Part shown: positions 26,417-37,551 of the stretch, piece after piece
Position numbering within the stretch: position 1 is the stretch's first letter
Layout of the letters: the number at the start of each line of letters is the position of its first letter
Assembly: GCA_036172245.1 (NCBI GenBank)
Contig: JAYWIR010000001.1
Location: 2,480,001-2,544,000 of the forward strand
Source of the DNA: Raillietiella orientalis
Lineage: Eukaryota
Direction of reading: 5' to 3'
Length of the DNA stretch: 64,000 bases
The notes under the pieces: generated by a model
What the model saw: the letters and a program-made list of their open reading frames with translations, nothing else
Databases searched by the model: none
Told to the model about the DNA's origin: nothing
Program-made: the position numbers and the translations under genes

Positions 26417-26690
26417 CATGAGGAATCCTGGGAGGGGGGGTATACCAGAGAGGTTTAGTCGTGTAAGGAATAGAAGGGGTGGGGTGAAGAAGAAGTTGAA
26501 GGTTGGGATGTGAGTTAGTGAATGTATGTTTCTTTTTTGCAGGAGTATGATGCATCTGAGCGTGTTGATGGAATAGATAGTTAAGTATGTAATTCATATT
26601 GTGGAAGATGTGTTGATTGTGGAGGTTATTCATGCTATTTGGGAAATAGATGAATAGGTTATGAGTAATCGAATGGACGAGATAGTTTCC
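26417..26690 (-). pseudogene. nad2: NUMT: internal fragment of mitochondrial nad2
   Basis: The invertebrate mitochondrial code gives an open frame from 26677: SIRLLMTYSSISQMAWMTSTINTSSTMWITYLTIYS...LNLSGMPPLPGFLM. This contains the ND2 motifs (R.L.AYSSI..W and GLPP..GF) with two TGA=Trp codons and strong strand skew. Confidence 0.93.
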
Positions 26691-29249
26691 ATGAATCAAC
26701 CTTGTTGGACCTGCCCCACGCTATTGCTGCTGCACTCTTCGGACCGGCTTCCGTCTGCAGACTCTCCAGATACAGGGATGAGTCTCCTGGGCAGCTGCAG
26801 GACGAGTGGCTTGGCATCCGCTTCCCAGGAACGGAATCGGCAGCTCCTCGAGGAGGCTCGGGACTACCTTCCTCAACCCACCAGGGGACAGGCAGTCAGC
26901 GGGATTAAATGGCTGCTTCCTGCGAGGCATCGCTAGGGAGAATCGCGCTCCTTGTTGGATCCCCCCTTACAAGTCGAAGCACATAGATACCAAGAGCAGT
27001 CGAGAGCAGCAGTCCGGAGAGAGTTGGCCGGAAGCAAGGTCCCGGCCACTTCCTAAGGTTTCCGCTAGATGGCCACTCCGTCGGATCCAAACGGGTGGCA
27101 CCAGCGGAGCACCTGAAACCCTCGCCAAACTTCCCGGAAGAGAGAGAGTCCCTCTTCGGGAAGATCTGCTTTCTGCCCGACGGCTTCTTTCCTTTCCCCC
27201 AATCTCCCTCTCTCCTCCCCCTTCACAGCCCATCTCGAGGCTCGTTCTCTTCTCCGTGCGAGCGGACGGAGTCTTGCGTCGGTTCGCCCGCAGCATCTGA
27301 CATACTCTCTCTTACCCGTCTTGCGTGGACCGGAGAATCCCTCGTCGGCTTGACATCGCCTCTGGGAAATCGTTGGGACCCTCCTTCCTACCGCCGATGG
27401 TCGCAGAGGAGGACCATGCGGGTGGCGTCCGCTGGACGTCACCCTCATGCTCTTCCGCTGGACGCGGAGGGTGCCGACCCAGCAGGTCTGGAGAAGGAGG
27501 AGATGCGCGTTTCGGACGCTGGTGAGGGCGAGGTGGAGGCAAGAAAACCCCAGATGACGGCATCGGGCTCGTCCGCATGCGCGCCGCCTCCCTCGAACTA
27601 GCCCGTCATGGAGTTCCTGGACTTCCAGCCCTCCTTTCCGGCACTCTCGACCTGGGCCCTCGGTATGTAAAGACCTGTGGAGGAGCTCTTCCTTGCTCCC
27701 TTCTTGGTCCTATCTTGCCTCCGGAAGCAGTTCCGTGGAAGTCACGGGAGGTCGTCTCCTTGCTGCTTGATCTCGTTCCGGTCTGCTGCTCGTCCCCCAG
27801 GAGCCTTCCGTTGCATTCTGGACCAGAACAGACCCACGAGTAGGCCCTATGGGGGTAGAGCCGGCGACCCGGCCCCGGACACTCGGGAGTCGTCGACTGC
27901 TGCAGGCGCTCGGGAAGTCCCGGCAACTCGAAGTCCCGGCTCGGGAATTCCCGACAGAGCGATGGGGAGGAAGAAAAAGGGCTGCGGATGCCCTAGCTGG
28001 AAGGGGTCGGCGCAGTGGGGGCAATGTGTTGTCCTCCCCCATATGGTCCAGTGGCACTGCTGCCATTCTTCCTCCCTGCGAGACGAGATAACCTTCCATC
28101 CCTTCAGCGCCCCTCGGAATGGGGGGAGAGAGGGAAGGGGGAGAATTGGAAGTCGGCGGAGGGCGAAGGACGTCCGCTGTGCGTTCCCTTGGCGACAAAC
28201 TCGGCTAGGAGGCCGGGGACGAACCTCTCCTGGGAGCAGGAAAACAGACTGATAATGGGTGGGCGGGGAGGTCGAGCCCCATGCGGGGTCCCCCCTGTGG
28301 CTCTGGCTGGGAGCTCCTCTTCCGGGACGAGGCGCCCTCGTGAACCTCGATCGAGGGGAAAACTTGCGGATATCCCGGGCCTGCGCGATCCTTCCAATCT
28401 GGAGGGAGGAGGAGGGGGCCTTCCACCCCCTTGGGATACTCACTGGGGTGGAGGTGAGGATGGAAACGAAGGGAGAACTCGCGCGGTCGAAAACCGCCGC
28501 GAGATCTGCGCGGACGCACCTTTTTTTTTTTTTTTTTCTTTGCTCTCGGGTCTCCTGGTAACCGGCTCCCTCTATTACATGTCCCGAATGGTTTACCCGT
28601 CCCTTTCTGGCTGCATCCCCCCTTCCTCTCCCGTGAGGAAAGCTCGGAAGTGCGACCGCACCTGCCCCTCCGCCGTTGGAGACGGTCGGCAGCTGTTTTG
28701 GTTTCCGCTTCCTCGGAGACGGTCAGAAGGTCCAGCCGTGGGGTTCAAGTGGATCCTCCGCGAGCTCAGAGGGAAGAGGAGCTCTGCCTCCTCCCTTTTC
28801 CCGGCACTGGGCCTCCTCTCCCTCGAGGAGGGGGGGGAGCAGAGCCGGCGGTGAGCCGGTCAGAGGCTCCGAAAGAGAATCCTCGCGAAAAGCGCCCCCT
28901 CGTGGGAATGCTGGGAAGAAGAGCATCAGAAATCCCTCTGGCCTGGGTTCCGTGAGGGCAGCCCGCGTGAGCGTGGGCCTCAACTGTAACTTTCCTTTGC
29001 TGGGAGCCGATGAAGGGAGGAGGAGGAAGAGAGAAGTCCAAAAAAAAAAAAAAATGAGAGAGAAGGAGAGAGAGAAAGGGCGATGACGATTGTGATCTCC
29101 TTCCCTCCCCCTCTCTCTCCCGCCGGAGGATTCCTTCCCACTTTGCGGAGGACTTCGGCCGCCTCGGCAGCACACGACGAGCGGCAGCGCACCGCCATCG
29201 CCCACCACTGCTCACGTCCCTCAGACGCCCTCCCCGTGCAGCTCCGGAG

Positions 29250-32200
29250 ATGTGCGAGGACGTGCTCCTGTGGCTATTCGAAGTCACTAGCAAGGTCATC
29301 GACTGGATTAGTTTCCCGGTCTACTTCTTCGTCCTGGGGAAGAATGAGGAGCGCAAGGCGCTGAAGCAGGTAGGCCGGGAGAGTTCGGGGACGCCTTACC
29401 ATTCCCCTTCTTCCTCCTTCCCTTCCTCCCCGGAGCGGCGTGCGTTCTCGGAGGGGGGAGGAGCGAGCGCCCGCCCCGAGTCCAGCTCTCCTGCTTTCTT
29501 TTCCTTCCCGAAAAGGGAGGAGAGGGGAGCAAGAACCCCCCCCTCGCTCCTCCACGGTTCCGGTTCTCGGCCACTCTACCCCTTGCTTCTCTCACGGCCT
29601 CCCCTCCTTCCCATAGGTCCAGGTCGTGTCCTCGAGCAATGAGCAGATCACTGTTCGAAGCTCTATGACGGGCAGCCACTTCTTATCCCGGAAGCCGGAG
29701 GAGAGCTTCTGCACACTGGAGCAGGTAGTTGGAGACATGGGGCCGGCCCACTAGCGACCGCTCGCCTGCAGCTTCTGCAGCACTCCTTCCGGGCCCGGGA
29801 GCCGTGGCGACCGTGCCTGGGCTTCCGCAAGGTGGAGCGCGAACTGGAAGAGAAGGACGAGAAGGCCCAGCCGAAGGGAGCGACGAAGGTACAGTGGGTC
29901 CTCTTTCTCGCGCCTCGGCCTGCATCTCTGCCTCGAGGCCGGGCGGCGCGCGCGCGCTCCACGACCTCGCGTGTCCAGCAGGCTTCATCCTTGGGTCCCG
30001 CCGGACACGCGAGGTTGTCGCGCCGCGCGGCAGGGAGGAGGTTGTGAAGATGTGCGGGCACCATCCGATCGGATGCTTCGGCCCACTAGAGCCGGGCGAA
30101 CGCGGAGAGGCGGCCACCCGGTGACCCGCCAAGGAATGGGCGGGACAGGAACGCGCTCTGAGGAGAGCGGCCGTTTTTCCGTCCTCCGAGAGCAGCGGCG
30201 GAGGGCCGCGGGGCGTCGCTCCGCGACCTTCGTGCAGGTCCCTGCGAGGCACAAGACACGAAGCTTCCCTTGACCGCGAGACTTTTGCGGGTGCAGCCGC
30301 GCCTTCTGGGGGTCTCGGAAAGCGGCTCAGCAGCGAACGAGCTCCCTCGAGCTCGTGGACGCCTCAAGGAGAACCTGCCCACCCGCAAGGTCTCCTTTCG
30401 GGTAGCAGCCTCGAGCGGAGGCTGTGTCAGTGGGCGCATCGGAATGAGATCTCCTCCCACGCAGCCAGTCCCCCCCCGTCCGGGGAGCGTCGCGGAAGAG
30501 GTCGAGGGGGCAACAGCAGCGCCTGCTTTCCCGTGCGCAAGCCCTCGCAGAGGAGGAAAGGGTTTGCTGAGGAGAAGGTCGGCGGAGTGCCACTTCCTCT
30601 TCCTTACTTACGCCCGCGCGGGGGAACCGTCCGGCATGCGGCTGAAGCGGCTACAAACGTGCTTTCCCCTTTCCCCCTTAAGGGATGTTCAGGGAAGTTC
30701 CATCTGCGGAAGCGCGTGCCGTTCTACAAAAAACCGGTGCAGCCAAAAGTCGTTCAGGGAAAGATGGAGGTGCGCCTCTCGGAGCCATCTTGCGGCACTG
30801 CGTTGTCTCTCCCCGCTTGCCCAGCGAGTGGTTCGGCAACGCCGGAGGCCACAGGTCACAGAGTCTTCCTGCGGTTCCTGGTGCGCACTGCTCCGCCAGT
30901 GCCTGCGGTCGCCGCGAGCAGGTCCAATGGCGTGTTGCTATGGAGTCGCGAGCGCGCTGCATGCTCGCCTCTTCCTCGGCGGCGGTATGGACCAAGAAAT
31001 GAAGGATGGATACCCGAAAAAATCGGGAACTCGACTGAGGATGTTTCCTCCACACGTCTGAAATGGATAAAATCGAAGAAGCAGTGAGCCAGCGAGCCTC
31101 CCTGATGCTGAAAAGGAAACTCTTGCACCTGCTGGAGATCGAATGGTGCCTTTCCTCCCTGGTTAATGGCAGTTGGACTGCTCGATCAGACCACCAGGTT
31201 AGGCTGAAGGTCTGATCGGCATCCTGATCAGACCTTGGGAAGGAGCGGAATCAAAAGTCAAGTGGAAGCCGCCTTCGATTTTCGTGCTTGGAGCATTCGA
31301 GTGGCTCCATAGAAGGCTGGTCCGCTGCTTGATGAAGCAGTGCTGGCTGCGCCCTCCAGACTTCGATTCAGGCAGAATGCGACAAGGGTGGAGTCTGTGC
31401 TGGAGCAACTGTCTGCTCAGAGAGTGTGCTGATTTCAAAGAATGTGCCATCTTTCCTCAGGAAGGGGCGATAAATTCGTGGACGGATAGCGCTTCCACGG
31501 ATTTTCTCCTATAGACTCCTGCCGACTTGAAAACACTTGCGCAGGAAGTTTTTTCCCTTTCCTTCTTTCTTCGGGGAAGAACGCGCCTCAGTGACTCGCG
31601 TGTGTCATCGAGGGTGCTCCCTTATTCCTTTCCCTCTTCGTCACCCGAAGAAACATTTTTAATCCTTCTGAAGTACGCGTGGAATTTTCTTTCAGGACGT
31701 TCATCCGCATGCAGGAACCTCTCTTGTCACATCATCGTCCAGATTCTCATTCTCAGTGTCTTCCGCCTGCTAGAACTCTTTATTTTTCTTTTTCAAATTG
31801 GCCTTCTCTGACATGAAGCGATGGTTCCATGCCATGATTGCTGCTGAATAGGATGGCCGTCGTGGTCTTCCGGTTTCCTTTACAGTCATTCCGAATGCAG
31901 CAGGATGAAAAAGCTTACCTGTGATCATCTGAGGTCTCGCTAAGACAATGTCTTCCATAGGAAAAACGGAGAGAACAGCTTTCCTTCCAAGCTATCTATT
32001 GCCACTTGATCCATGCTTTCCGCCGAACGCAAACGTTACCGTTGGTGATCGCCTTCCCGAGGTTTTCTTACGCTGCCAGGGAGAACAAAGCTCTTTCTCT
32101 TAGAATCACAGCCCTTTTGGTAGTTGAATCATCCAAATGCTCACTTTCTTCAAGAGAGCCAACCATCCTCTGCACATTCCGCAAGCTCATTCGTAAAGCA

Positions 32201-35200
32201 TTCTGGTAGTAAGCAACCAAGGGGTAAGGTTCAATGTTTAACCGCTTTCAAGAAGTTTGAGATCTTCTCCGGTTTCCGATCGTCACGAAGCAGCAGGAAG
32301 CTGCTAACCTCAATCCATTGAGGTTGGCCGCTTCCAGAACACGTAAGGCTTCCCTCAGAAAGGCATGTCGAGTGAAGGCCTGTTCATCAGCCTTCAGCAC
32401 ATCTCAAGTTCTCTCACTGCAATTTATCAATAGATTCCAATATATCATTAAAAAGAGGGATGATTTCTTTGATCACGTGACAAATTCGTGAAACCGCAGA
32501 ATTTCTCTCATGCTGTGACGCTAGTCGAGTCTTGTATGCCCACGGGTAAGACGCATTGAGGATTCACGTTTAAAGAGAAATTGTCGACGGAACATTCCCT
32601 TCGGAAGGCGCCTTACAGAACTCGAATTCTCTCGATCAAGAAGATTTCGGACTTTCTTTTGTCGGATCGATCGGGAATGCCACTGTCATTTCCGATGAAC
32701 CGGAAAAAAGTTTTTCTCTCTCTGTGCCTCGGGCTGCGTGTCTTCTGGACCAAAAAACAATCACAGGAGATTGTGTTTTTTGGCTTTCCTTTCCAAGATT
32801 TCTGGAACATCTCCGACCTCTTAGCATCCCCCGATGGAACTTCTTCACTCTTTACCTCGCGCAAGACGATGCGAAGTCCATGCCGCGATTTGCACTCTTC
32901 CCATGACGCTCAAGAGAGAGCTTCTCCTTTCTCCTCTGCTCCTGCGGAACTACAGGCTGATATTCTGCGGCATTCGAAATTCTGCACGCTTCAGCTTGCC
33001 AAAGCTTCATCGAGAAAACTTTTCTCAGAGTCGGTAAAGGGAAGAAAAGGAAGTTTGTCATTGGTGACATCTCGGACGTTTGGTTTTTGAATTCGGAGGA
33101 AGGAATGCGCGTACGACCTCTGACCGAAGTTTCTAAAAGCAGAAGAGCGCGAAAAGGTGGAAGACGGTGGGAACGGAGGGATCTCAGTTTAAGGCATATC
33201 GAGAAGATGAGACCATAGGGATAGCAGTCTGGTTTGCAAAAGTGACCCGTGAGAAAAAAAAAAAAAAATCAAGGAAAATCGAATTGTTCGAGGTTTCGGC
33301 ACCCAAAAGCAAGGCTTGGGGACTTTCTGGCTCGCTGTCCCCATCTCTAGTACACCATTCTTCATTCTTTCGTAACACGGCGAAGCAAAACAGTCCTTCA
33401 GCGGCGCTAAAAAAAAAAAAATGAAACCATCGAAAACGGTGTTTGTGGAGGAGTTTGTGGTGGTCATAAATTTGTTCTGCGCTGAAGTCTCCGTTTCCTT
33501 CTTCCAACTTGACATCCATATGACTTCAGTGTGTTCTGGAAGATAGTTATACGTGGCTCAGTTTTCAAGAGATTGAAGAGATGATACAGAACTTCTGCAT
33601 GGGATTGAAAAGGCTCGGAGTGAAGCCAAATGATAGAATCGGCATCCTGTCCGAAACCAGAATGGAATGGTTGCTGACTGCTTTCGGCTGTTTTCTGCAA
33701 AACATCACAGGTATGCTTCGAGATATTTGATAAGAGGAAAAAAAAAAAAATTCAACGCGAACATTTCAGTCGTCACGATGTACACATCCCTGGGAAAAGC
33801 AGGAATCACCGAGATACTGAACGATTCAGGGGTGTCTCTCATGGTGACGTCCAGCTCGTTATTGAAAGGGATATTGGAAATAGTGGTTTCTATTCCGAGC
33901 ATTTCAACAATCATCTGCATAGAGGATAACTTCGGGAATGTGCCTTCTCTTCCCGAGGACATCTCAGTCAAACTTGTTGGATTCCAGGAAGTGTTAAAAG
34001 CGGGAAGGGATGACCCTTTCGGTAAGGTCTGGACACACCACTAACAAAATGCGAATTTCTTTCAACAGAAGCGAAAATCTCCAAGCCAGATGATGTTGCC
34101 GTCATCATGTACACCAGCGGGTGTACCGGGAGTCCGAAAGGAGTCAAACTTCCGCAAGAGGGCTTATTAGCGAGTCTTCGTGCTTTCGAGCAAGAAATAA
34201 CGATCCAGAAGGAAGACATATACATAGCCTACTTGCCCTTGGGGCACTCTCTGGAACTTGTTGCAGGTAGCGAAGTGCGATAAGGGAAATCCTTCTGGGT
34301 CCTTTTCTGCTTTCTCTCCTGTCCTTCCTGCTCACGGATTTTTCCTTATTTTCTTTGGCTCGCTGAGTGCTGAAGAACCGCCGCGCGCCTGGTGGCTCAC
34401 CAATCTCTTTCACACGGTTCCACGCCGCCCGAGGGCGAGTATCGTAACTCTTCAAGTTACAGGGGATACGCGTAGGGACCACCCTGTGAATGCAGGAAGG
34501 CTCCAGAGGAAGGAGTCCTTCCTTCTTACTCTTGGGAGGAAACCCTCCGCCCTGGTTGTCTCCGAAGGGACCACTGGAGGCGGCCGCTCCTCATTCCTTC
34601 TCCATAGAGAACCCGCAAGGGAGACGCTCTCAGTTTCCTCCTCCCCTGAAGAGGAATCCCGAGGGGACACTTCCCAATTTTCTCTGAAGAGTCGCTCCCA
34701 AAGGGAGCGGAGCGCTTCTTTGCACCCTGGAGAGGTGTAGGTCCACCAGCTCCGTGGTGCGAGATGGACGGCTCTATTTTGCCAACCGGAGAACTTCGAA
34801 GGGAACCAACTCCTTGAACCCTGGAAGGAATTCCTGAGGGTCGGCTTCCGATCCCGTCCAGTCAGCGAGGGCATCCGGAGACTTCTGCCAGTGCCCAAGG
34901 AACCAAGCAAGAATTCGTTCTTCTTCTTTCCAGAGCTGCTTTTCTTCACACTCGGAATCCGCATCGGGTACTCTTCCCCTACCACCATCATGGATACGGG
35001 CACCAAGCTGGCTCCCGGATGCAAGTCGGACCTCCGCATTCTCCGACCCACACTCATGACCTGCGTGCCGGTGAATGGGCAGGGCGAATCATACCCGAGA
35101 CCCTACCTCTCTTTCCTCTCCCTCAGCTCATCCTGGACCGGATTTTCCAGAAGATCACGGAGAACGTCGACCAGGCTTCCTTGCTGAAGAGAGTCATCTT

Positions 35201-36345
35201 CCGTCACTCTCTCAGGTACAGGATGCACTGGATGAGGAGGGGCTACTCCACTCCCCTCCTGGATGCACTGGTCTTCAAGAAGTTGAAGGAGATCCTGGGA
35301 GGGCGGGTCCGGACGATCGTCTGCGGGTCCGCCCCCTTATCCCACGAGACCCACGTATTCATCCAGGCGGTGTTCGGGACATACGTCCGACCGGGCTACG
35401 GCCTGACCGAATCCTGCGGGACGGCATGCTGCTGTGAAGGTGAGGGGCACCTTGCGGGGCACAGAAACAACGTGCTGGGCGTACCCAGAAGGAAATTTCC
35501 AAACGCGGATCGTGGGACACCCCAACTACTGGGTATATATCCGGCTGATCAACTGGGAAGAGGGTAAGTTCAAGGTGACCAACTCCCCGTACCCTCAAGG
35601 AGAAATCTGCATCGGTAAAGAACAAAAAGAAAACAAAAGCAGACTGCAAGCCGATTGGCCTGTGTTTCAAAAACCTCTCGCCAGGGGGTCCAGTCGTTGC
35701 CCTGGGGTACCTCCGTGACGTTCCCGAAAGCGAAAATTTCTTCCTGGAGAACGGCATGCGGTGGTTCAAGAGCGGGGACATCGGCGAGCTCCAGATGGAT
35801 GGGACCTTGAGGATCATAGGTGATTCGAAAGGTTGTCCCGGCAACGACTTCCCTCCAGACAGGAAGAAGGACCTGGTGAAGCTCCCCAACGGAGAGTACT
35901 TGTGCCTGGGGAAGATAGAAAGCCTCCTTAGGCGCTGCAAATACGTACAGAACATATGCGTCTGTGCCAACAGTCTGTTCATGAGGGTGGTGGCCATCGT
36001 GCAGCCTACAATGGAGACGCTGCCCCTCCTCAGGAGGAAGTCCATCGACACCTTGAACCAGGAGAGCGTCGTAGAAGCGGTTGTGCTGGAGGAGATTCAG
36101 AAGATGTGCAGAGAAAGTGCGCATATGGGGCGCTGCACCGAGGCGCGACACCTCCCCCCCCTTCCATTCCAGGCGGGCTGCGTAGGATCGAGACCCCCAA
36201 GCTGATCAAGCTGTGCCCGGAGCCTTGGACGGTGGAGAATGGACTGCTGACGGCTTCCCTGAAGATCCGGAGAAACGCACTGTTGAAGATGTACCGCGAC
36301 GAGATCCAGGAGCTGTTCGCGAAGATTGGGAATGCGCTCGATTAA
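29250..36345 (+). CDS. ACSL: Long-chain-fatty-acid--CoA ligase, ACSL3/4-like, paralog A (appears complete)
   Basis: Exons 29250-29369, 29617-29724, 29772-29888, 33530-33710, 33770-34021, 34069-34266, 34934-35070, 35127-35439 and further exons to the stop at 36345. Motifs ETRMEW, YTSGCTGSPKG, YLPLGH, GYGLTE, WEEG, GDIG..DGTLRIIDRKKDLVKL, LTASLKIRR. AATAAA at 36356. Confidence 0.93.
31100..32400 (-). mobile_element. Possible highly decayed L1-like retroelement remnant inside ACSL-A intron 3
   Basis: The minus-strand peptide RFLHADERPERKFHAYFRR (about 31670-31725) resembles the L1 EN-RT linker motif (W..EGER.TKYF). The rest is broken by stops. Confidence 0.3.
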
Positions 36346-37116
36346 AAAAGGAAGAAATAAAGGCAGGACTTTCCCGAGTGAAGATCCGCCGCTTGCGTTC
36401 CCGCTCTGTGGATGCTCGTCTGGCAACCAGAGGGCTCCGCAGATGAAACACCGGCGTCGCCCGCGGTGTTTGGAAACAGCTCGGGAAAAGCGTCGGGGAC
36501 CTTCTACGAGCTGACCCGAGCAGGTGCGGCCCCGCGAGCTTCCCGCCTGGTGGTGCTGCTCGAGATCGAGACTCGCGAGCAGTAGGCGGGAGACGCTAGC
36601 CGGAGGAGGAATCGCCACGCGAGGGAGATGCTCGGGAACGGCACTGAGCACGGCTTCCGTACGGGGGCACTCCTCGAAGGCATCCTTGAGGACAGCACAT
36701 AGGTGTCACTCCTTCCCCTCTCCACAAGGACCTTCCATGCTGAGCACATGCTGGCGCTGGTTCCCGTTCTGCCTTCTCGGACTGGTGCGTTTGCTTGCGC
36801 CTTGAGGAAGAAGGAAAAGGGAAGTCCCGTCGTGGCTCCCGTGTGGTGGAACTGAAATCGAAACCCACGTGTGATATTTAGTGAAATCTCCACTGAATGT
36901 TCCAAAATCCAAACTCCCTCCCCTTCTCCTCAGCAGCGTCAGGTTCACTCTGGCCACCCCTCAATGCAATGACTTCCTCATTCTTGCGCTCCTCTTGCAT
37001 TCTTCGACTGCGGAGACGAACTGCCTGCTGCAGGAACTGCAGGAACTGCAGCAGGCAGTTCCGATTCCTTCACGCTGATTGATGAGCCGGGAGGTGACCC
37101 ACATCTCGGCGACGCC

Positions 37117-37233
37117 ATCCAAAGCTTCCATTGCTTTTTTTCTTAAGTCATAACTATACGCTGCTGGCATCTTTACCTTCACTACCGTAAATCCTTATCT
37201 TACCTCTTTTGGACTATTATGAGAAAGGCTATA
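37117..37233 (-). mobile_element. Bacterial IS630-family left end plus first 18 transposase codons, Wolbachia-like
   Basis: MPAAYSYDLRKKAMEALD (ATG 37170) matches the recalled N-terminus of Wolbachia IS630 transposases. The presumed element end TATAGCCTTTCTCATAATAG begins with a TA target dinucleotide at 37233. Confidence 0.8.
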
Positions 37234-37374
37234 AAATCTAATTTTGGCTGTGGAGGTTCTGACGATATCAAGTGAAAATAAACAGCTATTATATTTTTAG
37301 TAATCAAGTAAAATAGAATGAAAGCATTTTTGATTTAAAGTACTAAACCCTCCTTCAACATCTTTTTGATATGA

Positions 37375-37551
37375 TCAGGATTTTAGAATGCCGAAGATAA
37401 TATGCAGAAGTTTACGCATTGCAGCACCAAAAATGGCCATATTATGCTCACCTTTCTCCTTTAGTCTTTGGAAAAAGCTCATAATAATAGGATTTTGATT
37501 CTTAGCTACTATGGCAGGAAAGAAAAGTGCCTTACTTAATGCTTGTGAACC
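37375..37551 (-). mobile_element. Bacterial IS110-family transposase C-terminal fragment
   Basis: GSQALSKALFFPAIVAKNQNPIIMSFFQRLKEKGEHNMAIFGAAMRKLLHIIFGILKS* matches the IS110 C-terminal pattern G...LRKALY.PA..A...NP....F..RL...GK..M..I.A.MRKL...IYG.LK. Intronless and AT-rich; not in the ORF track. Confidence 0.9.

Noticed and set aside
26274-26699. His/Asn-rich 141-aa ORF
   Set aside because: Off-frame reading of the nad2 NUMT.
25900-28300. Possible retroelement ORF1/gag remnants flanking the nad2 NUMT (e.g. THCPHC..GH)
   Set aside because: Zinc-knuckle spacing is incomplete and there is no linked pol motif; too weak.
25350-31100. Many long overlapping ORFs (up to 279 aa) on both strands
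   Set aside because: Arg/Pro/Gly/Ser-rich with no domain motifs; expected from stop-codon scarcity at high GC. Only the ACSL exons and the nad2 frame are supported.
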